DNA of 64,000 bases from Eledone cirrhosa (taxonomy: Eukaryota). The notes below the pieces were generated by a model. The model saw nothing but the letters and a program-made list of their open reading frames with translations, was not told the origin of the DNA and did not search any database. The stretch covers positions 225,742,001 through 225,806,000 of the forward strand of contig OZ024742.1 of the NCBI GenBank assembly GCA_964016885.1, read 5' to 3'. The position numbers and the translations under genes are program-made. Positions 49,628 through 62,511 of this stretch are shown one piece after another (position 1 is the first letter of the stretch; every line of letters begins with the position of its first letter).

Positions 49628-52404
49628 GGTTTGAAGGTTCACCACTGGATAGAGCTGGTCAATTCCGTATGGTCAATCTTGATGTAATAATATGGAGAGT
49701 ACTCAACGTAAAGCAGTCCAACTGTCTTCATTTGTGTAGTTGGTGGTGCGAGTACGGAGTTAAATATTATAATAAAATAACAGGAGGCTGGACTTGTGTA
49801 AATCCTTGAAAGGTTTATTATACTATGATCAATTCAATGACCGGGTTCCGTATGAATCCGGTGATATCATCAGGTATTCGAAATATAATAAATGAATGTA
49901 ACAGATAAAATCCATGGGGCTGAAAATCATAGATCCGAGGACGACCGACCATCTAGCATCTTCCACTTTAGCCGGTCGCCCTCAAGTGCTGGCCATTCGG
50001 CCTACTTAAGGCTATCTGGTGAGGGGGCTAAAGCTTATAGTGTGCTACTAACCTCCCGGCCAAAGAGAAGAAAAACAGAAAGAAAGAGGAATAAAAGTCA
50101 GCGTTAATGTCATGCTACAAGAAAAAAGACAGAAAGAAAGAGGAAGAAAAGTCAGCATTAATGTCATGCTACAGTCAGGCCAGGAATTGCCGCGAAAAAA
50201 GTTATTCTAAAGGACCCGTATCTTAACAGAGGTATATATTATAACAGAGGTATATATAGTGGGGTCTACATAGTATAATGTGTGAACAGAAGACTGGAAC
50301 GTTAAATTTTTGTTTAGATTTATAGGATGAAGTTAAAAAAATTAAATATTAACATTATAATATTAAAAAATTAGAAAATTGAAAATTAAACAGTTTAAAA
50401 AAAGTTTTAAGGTTTTGGGTTGAGAGGTTTAGTTAAAGAAAGAGTCTTTTATGAAGAAACTTTAATTGTATTATAGAGATCCTCGATAAGTTATCCGAGT
50501 GGGATTTATTTAGGTTTGACAGTTCACCACTGGATAGAGCTGGTCAATTCCGTATGGTCAATCTTGATGTAATAATATGGAGTACTCAACGTAAATAAAT
50601 AATGCTCCTGAAATTTTGAGCACTTCCAGATGTAATAATGAACAGCGGCATGGGACTGACTCGATCTAATCACCATTCAGATTTTGGCTACTCTGCGCTT
50701 TGTCTACCGCCCACCTGGTCCAATGCTACTTCCCTCTCGGAATATTCAGACTTCGACAAAATTCTACGGATTATACCATAACCTGTATTGTACTGTACTG
50801 TATTGACTAAACTCTCTACCCTATACTTCAGGGCCTTTGTAATTCACACTGAATTCTCAGACTTGAACACACACTGATTCCATTTCCATATCTATATGCA
50901 TTATCTAACTGCAACTTGAACTATATTGTATTTCTCCTGTGTTTTGATTTCTCCGTTTTACTCCACCACCACTTTAGTTATTTTTATTTGTTTATTTATA
51001 TATTTCTAGCGTTTTACTTTATTAATGTGTTTTTATCTACGTATTCTACTTTTATCTATCCATGTATTTTTTATTTCTTTTATTCGGATTTTTACTCGCT
51101 TGTACCCATTAGCACACGACACTAGAATATCTCCCCCCTGAGAACAACAATACCTATTACCTGGACTATCCGGGGACCTAGATATAGTCTATTTGCGCTT
51201 TTCATCGAGTTTTACAATTGATTACACGCGATGATCCGACTGTTGTGTTGGTTTTCCTGGCTGCGGGACCGGCCTCCTGGTGCATAGGCCTACCTTGAGT
51301 GCTTAGAAAAATAAATTTCCCCTTCTTTCGGTAAATGAAATTACTTTAAATACTTGAAATTACTTTAAATTCTAGGCCTAATCATAAATATTGGCTGTAT
51401 CAGGCCTCCTTCTACTTAAACAAATCCCCCTCCTGTGTAAATTAATAGTACTCATTTGGTATAACGGTGGCCTAACGACGATGGCTGACTTCCCACTAGC
51501 ACACCTGAAGCCTGGAATACATTCCTAGAGTGCTTGGAAAAATTGATTTCCATATCTTTCGCTAGGCGATCTCACTCGGAATGGCTGACACGTTGTTAGG
51601 ATGGGCTGGCCGGAGTCTGCAGTTGTCGTGTGCTGTTTGACTGCTAAACAAGGACATAATCTTTACTCTACATCCCACTCGGATAACTTATCGAGGATCT
51701 CTATAATACAATTAAAGTTTCTTCATAAAAGACTCTTTCTTTAACTAAACCTCTCAACCCAAAACCTTAAAACTTTTTTTAAACTGTTTAATTTTCAATT
51801 TTCTAATTTTTTAATATTATAATGTTAATCTTTAATTTTTTTAACTTCATCCTATAAATCTAAACAAAAATTTAACGTTCCAGTCTTCTGTTCACACATT
51901 ATACTATGTAGACCCCCACTATATATACCTCTGTTATAATATATACCTCTGTTAAGATAAGGGTCCTTTAGAATAACTTTTTTCGCGGCAATTCCTGGCC
52001 TGACTGTAGCATGACATTAACGCTGACTTTTCTTCCTCTTTCTTTCTGTCTTTTTTCTTGTAGCATGACATTAACGCTGACTTTTATTCCTCTTTCTTTC
52101 TGTTTTTCTTCTCTTTGACCGGGAGGTTAGTAGCACACTATAAGCTTTAGCCCCCTCACCAGATAGCCTTAAGTAGGCCGAATGGCCAGCACTTGAGGGC
52201 GACCGGCTAAAGTGGAAGATGCTAGATGGTCGGTCGTCCTCGGATCTATGATTTTCAGCCCCATGGATTTTATCTGTTACATTCATTTATTATATTTCGA
52301 ATACCTGATGATATCACCGGATTCATACGGAACCCGGTCATTGAAATGATCATAGTATAATAAACCTTTCAAGGATTTACACCAGTCCAGCCTCCTGTTA
52401 TTTT

Positions 52405-52414
<10 letters not shown>
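49624..52414. mobile_element. (TA)n-flanked composite insert with ~742-bp inverted arms (49764-50505 and 51672-52414); Penelope-like
   Basis: Arms nearly identical (mirror ORFs 49892-50107 + and 52071-52286 - differ at one residue); hammerhead-like CTGATGA...GGAACCCGGTC followed by AATAAA in each arm; ~88-bp direct repeat at 49624-49711 and 50508-50595. The inverted repeat is certain; the family assignment is inferred. Confidence 0.7.
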
Positions 52415-52457
<43 letters not shown>

Positions 52458-52966
52458 CGAGACAACCAATCTTGCCTCAAGTGGGACAATTCTCATCTAA
52501 ACCCATGCTCGCATGGCGCATGGATGATAGATGCTTAATGATGATGATGATGACGTATATATATCATCACTATCATCATCATCGTCATTTGACTGTTTTC
52601 CTTTCTAGCAAGGATTGAGCCAGAACTCCAGTGGAGATACTGATCTCTCAAATAAATTGGAGCCTACATCTTGCTCCCATGCTCTACTGAGTGCATTTTT
52701 TCATGACACCAGCTCTAGGGGAAGGTTGGAAGGTTGTCATGTATTTGACAAAGCTGAAGAGTCCTCCCAACTCTTTGTTTAGCAGATTTTCTGTGGTTGG
52801 ATGCCCTTCATATTACCAACCACTTTACAAGGTATACTAGGTGTGTTTATCATGTACATCACCAGCACTAGGTACCATCCCATTTAATATTGATGTTGCT
52901 ACTTATTTTTAATAGACGGCTGTGTTATTTATTTTTAATAGATGGCTTTGTGTTTATTTTCAATAG

Positions 52967-53053
52967 TTAACTTTGAAGTCTCCCCATGTGTATGGTGGTT
53001 TCACTGCCTTCAATATTCCCAATGATGACAGCTCTGATAAAGACAATTGCCAG
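52967..53053 (+). CDS. HYDIN: HYDIN candidate coding exon 23 (poorly conserved linker)
   Basis: caatag|LTLKSPHVYGGFTAFNIPNDDSSDKDNCQ|gtttgt; phase 0/0, unique sequence, little recognisable homology. Confidence 0.55.
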
Positions 53054-53806
53054 GTTTGTTAATTACAAATACATAGTTAAACTACTTTGATTCTTCTATC
53101 TTTTACCGATTTCAGTCACTATACTATGGCAATGTTGTGGCATCACCTTGATTTAGTTGATCAGATTAAGCACAGTACCTATTTTTTCAAGTCTGGTTCT
53201 TCTTGTATCAATCTCTTTTTGTTGAACCACTAAGTTATGGGTTGTTCACACACACACACAATCACCACCACCACTGCCGCCGCCGCGACGACGACGTGAG
53301 GGGTGGGGGAAGTTACATCCTTTTTGCTGTGGTGGTGGAGGGTGTCATCCTACATCGGCATAGCAAGAACTAGGTTGCAGATTTGACTTTGAAAAGAATG
53401 AGTGACTTCTGGCAGTATATTGTGGAGTGTGTCTGGCTTTCCATGTAAGTCTGGGTTGTGCAAGTGAGTGTTAGAGGGGACCTGAAGTAAAGGAAGTCTT
53501 GTGTGAGGGTGTATCAGTCTTTTCATGCTGGCAGGGATTTGATGAAGGATGTGAGTGGGGGGTGAACTAAAGTGGGAGAAGCCTATGGTGTGGGGAGACT
53601 GTTGGGTGGGTTGGATGAGGAAATTGTGAATGAAGGATGGAGGGGGGGGTAATGGGTGTGGGTGCACTAGATGGTGGGCGGGGTTAAGGTGGGGGAGAAT
53701 ACTGGCAGACGGACCTCTCTACCTTTTTATTTACCATTTTCTCTATGCTCATTTCATCCTGCTCACATGAATGTCAAGTCTTCTAAATGTTTCTGTATTA
53801 AATTGG

Positions 53807-54035
53807 TATTAAATGTTTATGTGTTGTATTGATATTAAATGTTTATATATTGTGTCAGTATTAAATGTTTATATATTGGGGTGATATTAAATGTTGATGT
53901 ATTGTGTTGATATTAAATGTTGATGTATTGTGTTGATATTAAATGTTTATATATTGTGTTAGTATTTAATGTTTATGTATTATGTTGATATTAAATATTT
54001 ATATATTATGGTGATATTAAATTTTTATGTATCTT
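53807..54035. repeat. 26-bp AT-rich minisatellite (~9 units)
   Basis: TATTAAATGTTTATATATTGTGTTGA-like units. Confidence 0.85.
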
Positions 54036-54042
54036 ATTGTAG

Positions 54043-54252
54043 GCATTTAATTTACTTCCCATGTATGGTGTATTAAGCCCTGGACAATCAGAACTGGTCA
54101 GAGTGACATTTTTTGGCCATCCTAACTTGGTGTCACATGTGACAGCTGTGTGTATTGTTGAAGGTGGACCAACATACCATATCCAGTTGTCGGGAGAAGC
54201 TTCCTATCTTAGTTACAAATTTGATGTCTTATCTATTGATTATGGAGAACAG
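54043..54252 (+). CDS. HYDIN: HYDIN coding exon 24
   Basis: AFNLLPMYGVLSPGQSELVRVTFFGHPNL...CIVEGGPTYHIQLSGEAS...IDYGEQ. Confidence 0.93.
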
Positions 54253-55440
54253 GTAAGAATAAAAACTAGATAACAATCACGTACAATCGAATATGACTTA
54301 ATGTGTGTATCTTGCTTTGACCGATGTCTTTTTTTCATGTGTCCATGTTGCCACGAGCAGACACAGACACCCTCTCAACTATCCCTCCCTTGATCCAGTG
54401 GAACATCCAGGATGTGACAGCTGGAAGTGGAGAGAGCTGCACTATATATATAAACTACATCCCTCACCCAGAATTGGGTTTCACTTAATAGCATGTACCA
54501 TGCTTTTGCTAAGGGTTTTCATGTGTTCATGTAGTCATCAGCACATGAGCAGACACAGGCTCCCTTTTAATCCTCCCCTCCTTGATCCAGTAGAACATCA
54601 AGGATGTAATGGTTGTAAGGAGAGAGCACTACATCAGCACTTTCTTTAATGACCCCAAAAGGATGAAAGGCAAAAGAGACATCAGTGATATTTGAACTCA
54701 GAATGCAAAGACCTGAAACAAATATTTAACAACCTGCCAAATTGACTGCCTTAACAGAGTATACTAGGTGCATTTAGAGAAGTTGGACTAGAGAGTCATC
54801 ATCATCACCACCATCACCATTTAACATTCACCTTTCACACTAGCATGGGTTAGATGGGTTGTTCCATTTGAGGCAGGTTGAGTCAGGTGATCGTATCCTG
54901 CTCATACAGAACTGTTTCTGGCTACATTTTTACAGTTGGATGCCTTTCCTAACGCCAACCACATTTACAATGTGTACTGGGTGCTTTTTGCTGTGACTCC
55001 TACACGACCACTTTACAGTGTGAACTGGGTGCTTTTTGTCGTGTCACCTACACGACCACTTTACAGTGTGAAATCAGTGCTTTTTGTCATGTCACCTACA
55101 TGACCACTCTACAGTGTGGACTGGGTGCTTTTTGTCGTGTCACCTACACGACCACTCTACAGTGTGGACTGGGTGCTTTTTGTCGTGTCACTTACACAAT
55201 GATTTTACAGTGTGGGCTGGGTGCTTTTATTCTATATTGTCTGTTTGATCATGAATCACTTTAAAGAGAATGTACTGAGTGTATTTCATATTTGCATCCA
55301 CACTACCATATTACAGAGTGTACTGAATGTATGTTATCATGACACCAGTATGAAAGAGATTGTCATATGCTTGGCCAAATTGGAGAGACCTCTCTATTAT
55401 TTGAGTGCCAGTAAAATATATAATTATATCATTCTGACAG

Positions 55441-55578
55441 AAATATGACCAGGTGGCTGAAGCTACAATTACACTGACCAACACTGGACTGGTGTCCTGT
55501 GATTTCTCTACAATTAATCCAGTCAATATTGAAGATGATAATATTCCACCTCAGACTCCAGTGGTAGTTCCAAATTCT
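55441..55578 (+). CDS. HYDIN: HYDIN coding exon 25
   Basis: KYDQVAEATITLTNTGLVSCDFSTINPVNIEDDNIPPQTPVVVPNS|gtaagt. Confidence 0.9.
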
Positions 55579-55929
55579 GTAAGTTTTATTTTTCTCACAT
55601 TTCTGGTTTTTTTCTTTTGTTTTGTTTTTGTAATCATTTTTAAAATATCATTTATACGTACGGCTGTTAGAAAAGTCAGCATGTGAACATATCACAGAAG
55701 AGCAATACAAAGAGATAATGCTGTATTAATTTAACACTTGATATAGTTGGAAAGGAGTAAAGATAATATAAATATTTAAATTAACAGACCTGTTTACAGA
55801 TATTTTCTTCTAAAAACATGACAGGATATAAAGAATTAACAAATAATTGTTGCTGTTGTCTTCATTTTCCTTTTAATTTTACTTGAAATTTTAATCCAAA
55901 CTTATTTTATTTTTTTATTTGCCACCCAG

Positions 55930-56226
55930 GGCTATATCAAATCAGGTTGCAGCCAAGTTCTCACTGTGAAATATCTTCCTGGTTATCCTGAAAAATTTAG
56001 ATCCAGTTTCAACATTCAAGTTAACCATTTCAAACCTGACACAATAACACTAGTTGGGGATGGCATCTTCCCACATGTCCTTCTCAACTTACCAAGACTC
56101 AAGAAGAATCCTCTTTATAAAAAATCTCTAAAGATGGCCAAAGCCCACCTTAGTTGTAAATATTCTGGTTATATTGAAGCTGAATCTAAGAAAGATAAAG
56201 ACAAAGAGGAAGTTAACACTTCAGAG
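55930..56226 (+). CDS. HYDIN: HYDIN coding exon 26 (last seen; the gene continues beyond the window)
   Basis: GYIKSGCSQVLTVKYLPGYPEKFRSSFNIQVNHFKPDTITLVGDGIFPHVLLNLPR...|gtaatg. Confidence 0.92.
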
Positions 56227-56354
56227 GTAATGTTGTTTTTAACTCCTTTGATACCAACCCACCCAAAACTACCTCTGGTTCTAAAGGTTCCTATCTAAAT
56301 TAAAATCTAGTTTCATATAAGAACCTTTTATTATGTTATAAATACCATTTTAGT

Positions 56355-56706
56355 AATTGTTTCTACTTTTAACACAAGGCCAGCAATTACCCCAGACCCT
56401 GTAAGGATGAAAGGCAAAGTTAACTAAGAACGCAAAGGGCCATAACTCTATGCTGCAAAGCATGGTGTCTGACGCTCTACTGATACTGCCAATCCACTGC
56501 CAATAATACCATCTTAATAATTGTTTCTACTTTAGGCACAAGGCCAGCAATTACCCAGTGCATTACTGGTACTTTATTTTATCGACCCCATAAGGATGAA
56601 AGGCAAAGTCAACCTCGGCGGGATTTGAACTCAGATCGTAAAGGGACGTAACTATGCTGGAAAGCATGGCGTCCGACCCTCTACTGATACTGCCAATTCA
56701 CCGCCC
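56355..56706 (-). mobile_element. Two Meta-domain-type SINEs
   Basis: Reverse-complement copies, the first internally deleted. Confidence 0.8.
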
Positions 56707-59059
56707 ATCTTAATAATGAAATGATTTTGGTAAATCCCCCAAACTTTTCATCAATTAATTGAGATACAGTGTATTTCATTAGAAATATGATCATGGTAGG
56801 GTTAATGGGGTTTACAATATTTTGCATGCTCAGTTTTCTCTTCATGAAGTGGTGAGTGAATACATCAAAACAGTATTGGTACATTGATAGAATACACATA
56901 ATACACCCAGTGATCAAATGGAGACAATAAAGGGTAGAGGAGACTCTTCTGTCTGGCTGAGCATATGACAACTTCTCTCAACATTGTGCTGCAATAAAAT
57001 ACACCCAGTCCACTCTGTAAAGTGGTAGTTCTGGTGCCATGATAAAATGCACCCCATGCATTCTGTAAAATTGTGCTGGCACTATGATAAAATGTACCCA
57101 GTACACTCTGTAAAATAGAGTACTAAAGCTAAAAAATGCACCTGATATACCTTGTAAGGTAGTCAGTGTTAGAAAGGGCATCTAACCTTAGAAACCCTGC
57201 CAAATATGGAAGGCATAAGCAAGATGAGGTGTCTCTGACCTGTCTTTTCTTGGATGACAACTTATCTGACGTATGGTAGCATGGAAGGAGGATGTAGAAA
57301 GATGATGAAGATAATGATGATGAAACTTGCCACATGTGTGTATGATTTAACTCATAATGTACTGTACTACATGAAAACCCATTAGCAGCATATTCTTGAA
57401 ATGTACAAAATAACATTTCAACTGTATTACACTAAAAATTTAAGTCTTTACTGTAATACTGGAAATTTCACAACAATCTAAAAAATTATTTAAATTAAAA
57501 AACCACATGAGACTACATTAGCAAGACATTCTTGAAAAGTACAAAACAACAGTATGACCACATCATAATAAAAATTTAAGTCGTTACTCTAATGCTGCAA
57601 ATTTTCACTACAATCCATCCACTAGTAAAGATACTAAAAACATTTGAATTAACAAACCAAATGAGCAAGAGAATCTTGAAACGTATAAAATAGCATCCCA
57701 TTAAAAATCAAAGTCTTTACATTTATTGTAACATTGCAAATTTTCAAAACAGTTTGTTCACCATCTATATATAAAACTGAGCAACTTCCGTCCATCCGTC
57801 ACACAATATACGTATGTGTGTGTGTTTGTTTGAATGTATGTGTGTGTCAAAGGAAGGAAGGGGACGGTGAAAAAACAATAGCAAAAACAACGGTTGGCGT
57901 TCCATTTGCTACGCTGTGTGAGTGTGTTTTTGTAAATGTATGTATGTGTTTATGTGAATGTGTGTGTATTTGTGTGAACGTATGTTTGTGAATGTGTATT
58001 TTTGTAAGTGTGTCTGTGTTTGCACGTTTATATTTATATATTCATACATGTAAATGTGTGCATATGCATATACACATGCACACATATATACACATACACG
58101 TCTGTGTATTGAAAAGATGAAAAAAAAAGAAAACAAGTGTTGAATCCAATTAAGATTGAAGGGCGCTCAACAAGATTCATTCGTACATACATACATAATG
58201 GCTGCCCCCTCGTTATCGAGTATGGCCATTGCATGATATACCATTATTAATAATTATTAATTAAATTCTATCGTGCAATGCATGTGCATGAAGATTTTTT
58301 TTTAAAGTGAGGAAAGACTGTGCACTGAGCCAATCCCACTCTCTGAGCGACAGTAGCTATAACCCAAAAAGAAGAAAAGATCAATATCATTGGTAACTAC
58401 TGAGCCGCAGGTTTTATGTCAGAGTTATCCCAGTTTCCTGAGTTGCCTTCTCCTAGAAGAATGCCCCGACAAAGGCTAGGGGTCCCTCACTCCCAGTGGT
58501 TTAACTGCACGATCAGGTATCCAGCCCGACTATTTCTATGTCCCCGCACATGCATATACATATATACATATATACATACATATGTACATGTGTATATACA
58601 TATTTACACACTTTGGGATGGCCGTTGACTCTTATGAGTTCTTCCGCCCTTTGTCAGGTTTTGTTTTTTGTCCTGCAGGGTGTCCAAAATCACCCTCCTC
58701 ACCAAGTAAACTTGGTGGGGTTGCCGGTTTAGTCGCTGACGACTCGATCATGCAACAGGTTGTACTGGGTTACATGTTACCAGTAGCACTCAAGAGTGAC
58801 CTGACACAGACATACATAAATACATACATACATGTGTACCTACATACATACATACACATATGCACACAAAGACAGACGCACATACATTCACACATACGCC
58901 CACCCATACACACTTATATATATACATATATATCTAGGGAGTGTAACGTTCTGTTACCTTAGGTTCATCCAAGTGAGCACTCAATGCGTAGTTTCCTGTA
59001 TGTAACAAGGTGTAGAACTATATATATATATATATATATATGTATATGTATATATATAT

Positions 59060-62000
59060 CGTCATCATCATCGTTTTACGTCCGTTGTGAGCAATGTCCA
59101 GTCGGCTGACCTTGTCTTGCGCATACAGGAACTGATTCTGGCTTGATTTCTACAGCTGGATGCCCTTCCTAACACCAACCTCATTTACAGTGAGTGCTGG
59201 GTGCTTTTCCGTGGCGCCTACACGTCCACTTTACAGTGTGGGCTGGGTGCTTTTTTGCCGTGGCACCTCCACAACCACTTTGCAGTGGGAGGGTGTGGGG
59301 GCATATTGTCTATATGCTTCAGCTTCGGCTTGTTCCTGTGAGAGCCTGGGTATTCTGTATTACTGCGAGACGCCAGAGGTCACGGTCGTGTGTCATTGCT
59401 CTTGAGAGGTGCAATTGGGTAAGGTCGGCTTTTATCACCTCATCCCAGGTCATCTTGGGTCTCCCCACTCCGCAGCTTCCATCGACGTCTAGTGCTCTGC
59501 ATCTTTTTATGCAGCTGTCATCCTTCATACGCATCACATGTCCATACCAACGTAACCTCCTCTCCTGCACACACCATTTGATTCCTCTGATGCTCAGTCT
59601 TTCTCTCAATTCGTTTAGACTTTGCTGTTTGCATATATTTCTATTGCACATCCATCAGAGTATGCAGGCTTCATTTCTTTCTAATCTGCACAAGGCTTCT
59701 ACAGACTGCGCCCAGGTCTCACTACCATGTAACATTGCTGTTCGTATACACGCATCATACAGTCTGCCTTTCATTTTGAGGGAAAAGCCTTTTGCAACTA
59801 GCAGTGGCAGTAGCTCCCTGAACTTCTTCCATCCCGTTCTTACCCTAGTTATTGTACTTTCCGAACACCAACCTCTGCTGCTAATTCGGTCATCTAGGTA
59901 GCACAGCTGCTACATGTGAAGCCTACATTCTTAGTTAAGCTTCCTGAGATCCCACTACATCTCTTGTGTACCCATTTTTTGCATTTGGGGCAGAGGATGG
60001 AGTTCCTACCTACACCTTTCCTACATACTGAGCAAGGCCATTTCCCTGAGGGAATCTGGGTTCTGTTTTCTCGTCTACTTACAAGAACCTTAGTCTTTGT
60101 CAGGTTAACTTTGAGACCGTTTCTTTCTAGTCCCTGCTTCCATGTTTGGAATTTCTTCTCTAGTTCCACCATGGATTCAGCTATAAGTGCGAGATCATCC
60201 ACATACAGGAGTTCCCATAGGCATCCGGTCTTAAACTCCTCCGTTATTGCCTGCAAAACTATAATGAACAGGAGAGGGCTAAGAACAGAGCCTTGGTGGA
60301 CACCAACCTGTATGCTAAATTCCTCGCTATACTCATTGCTAACTCTAACTTTGCTGACTGCTCCTCTATACATGGCTTGTACAGCTTTCACAAGCCATTC
60401 ATCTACTCCTAATTTTCTAAGAGCCCACCAGATTATAGCCCGGGGGACTATGTCGAAGGCTTTTTCCAGATCAACGAATGGCAAGTAGAGTGGCTTACTT
60501 TTAGCAAGGTACTTTTCCTGTAACTACCTCACAAGGAAGAGTGCATCAGTGGTGCCTTTTCCTGGTACAAACCCAAATTGCGTCTCATCTAGTTTCACCC
60601 GGTCCCTAATCAACTGTGCTATAACTCTTTCTGTTACTTTCATGACCTGGTCCATCAGCTTTATACCTCTAAATTTGTGTGATTATGGTGTGACCTACTG
60701 ACCCAGATACCTTCAGCATCTCGGCAGCTATACCCGATGGACCGGTTGCCTTCCCTGTCTTCATATCTTTGATTGCCTTACTTACTACGCTGCTGCTGAC
60801 TTGTACTGCTGGCCTCTCTATAGGATCCACTTGGGGTAGGGTCTCTTTTTCCCATGCATTCTCCTCATTTAGTAATCTTTCTTAATAGCTCTTCCATGTA
60901 GCTTTCTTCTCGGCACTTGTGAGGGTAAGCTCACTATTATCATTATCTAATTACATCACAATTCTCTCTGACACACTGCCTTGCAATCTTGAACACCTCC
61001 TGTTTCTGGTCCTCACCTTGCAAAACATGCTTGAATTTTCTATCCTCTGCTTCCCTTCTAGCTAAGTATACTTGTCGCCTATCTTCCCTCCTGGTCTCTA
61101 TGTAATGTACCCTGCTACCCCCGTTCTTCCATTCTTTCCATGCCTGTCTATTAGTCTTAACTGCCTCATCTACCTTATTGTTCCACCACCAAGTCACTCT
61201 CCTCCTCCCTGTGGACTTTCTCCAACCACAGATCTCATCCGTCGCCTTAAGTAAGTTATTTTTTAGGAACTCCCAGTGCTCTTCTGCATTCAATGTCTCT
61301 ATCTGTTCTTCTTTACTATCATAGGCATCGAGTAGAATATCTTTAAACCTGTTACTGACTGAGGGGTCTTTCAGCTTCCAGATCTTTCTTCTCCAGGTTG
61401 CCTTCTGTTTCCAAGTTCATCTACTTTTGACAGCGAGGTAGCTGACAACTAAGTTATGGTGGGAGGTACATTCCTCACCAGGGAAGGCTTTTGTGTTTAC
61501 AACTGTCCATCTATCACACCCTCTGATGAGGATAAAATCTATCTGACTAGAATACTCCCCTGATCTATAGGTGATCAGATGGTTGTCGGGTTTTTTGAAG
61601 TTTGTGTTACATATCGACATGTCATTGGCGTCGCAGAATTCCAGAACCCTGAAGCCTTCTTCATTTCTTGTGTCAAACCCGTGGCCTCCATGGACTCTAT
61701 AGAAGCCGTCACGGTGTTTACCAACATGTCCGTTGAAACCTCCTGCAATGATTAGGAAGTCATTGTCGTTTGTTAGGGCAGAAGTGTGCATTAGGGACTC
61801 GTAAAATCTATCCTTAAGTTCGTCTGGCAACCCCGATTGGGGTGCGTAAGTTGATGTTATTGTGGTAACTGTTTTATTCAGGACTAGTCTGAGTTTAATG
61901 ATTCTTGCATTCACTCTGTTCACTGAGATTACCTTATCTACCCATTTGTATACCTACCCCTCCCATCCCATTGTCATTTCCCACCCAGAAAAACTTGTAG

Positions 62001-62238
62001 CATTGGCTTTTGCCTACGAGGACTCTAGCGGACTCTCCTCTCCATCTAGTCTCCTGCACACAGCATACATCAATTTCCTTTCACTCTAGCATCTCTACAA
62101 TTTCTCCTGCTCTTCCTTTCATTGTGCTTACATTGATGGTTCCAACTCTGAGTTTTGGGCATTTGCAATCACTTGTATGATGGGGTGAATTTTTGCGGGG
62201 GTGTGTATGCAACCTGTCTCTGGATTGAAGCTTTGCAT
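59060..62238 (-). mobile_element. Near full-length degenerate RTE LINE (APE endonuclease, RT, PHD-like finger, repeat-bearing 3' UTR)
   Basis: APE N-terminus LRVGTINVSTM...CVQETRWRG near 62150-62000; ORFs 61417-61923, 60943-61293, 59894-60484 and 59319-59651; 3' UTR with 48-bp units and (TGA)n tail. Confidence 0.93.
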
Positions 62239-62407
62239 ATATATATATATATATATATATAAGAATTTAAAATACTAGAGTGTGTTGGAGTTAAACACCC
62301 TCTTCGTATTATAGAAATGACAGTAAAAGTATAGCTCAATGTAATTAAACAGAGCCGAAGAATTATGAAAATAAACCAAAGAAGCCTTCAGTACATCAAA
62401 AGTCTTT

Positions 62408-62454
62408 ATTAGCCAACAATGTTTCGTCCTATTAAGGACTCATCAGGGCAATTA
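62408..62454 (-). ncRNA. Minimal type I hammerhead ribozyme motif in a (TA)n-flanked Penelope-like fragment (62262-62490)
   Basis: Minus strand: ATTGCC-CTGATGA-GTCCT(TAAT)AGGAC-GAAA-C-ATT-G-TT-GGCTAAT, then AAAG. Core intact, perfect stem II, GUU cleavage triplet. Confidence 0.8.
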
Positions 62455-62511
62455 AAGCTATAAGAAGCACTATCGGCCAATACAAGCCAATATATATATA
62501 TATATATATAT

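Noticed and set aside
49892-50107. Duplicated 71-aa gene (also at 52071-52286)
   Set aside because: It only reflects the inverted arms; no recognisable domain or splice context.
58440-58810. HDV-like ribozyme in an RTE 5'-UTR-like repeat (related copy at 48770-49060)
   Set aside because: Some hairpins are visible, but I could not assemble the P1/P2/P3 nested pseudoknot by eye. An Infernal or RNArobo search would be needed.
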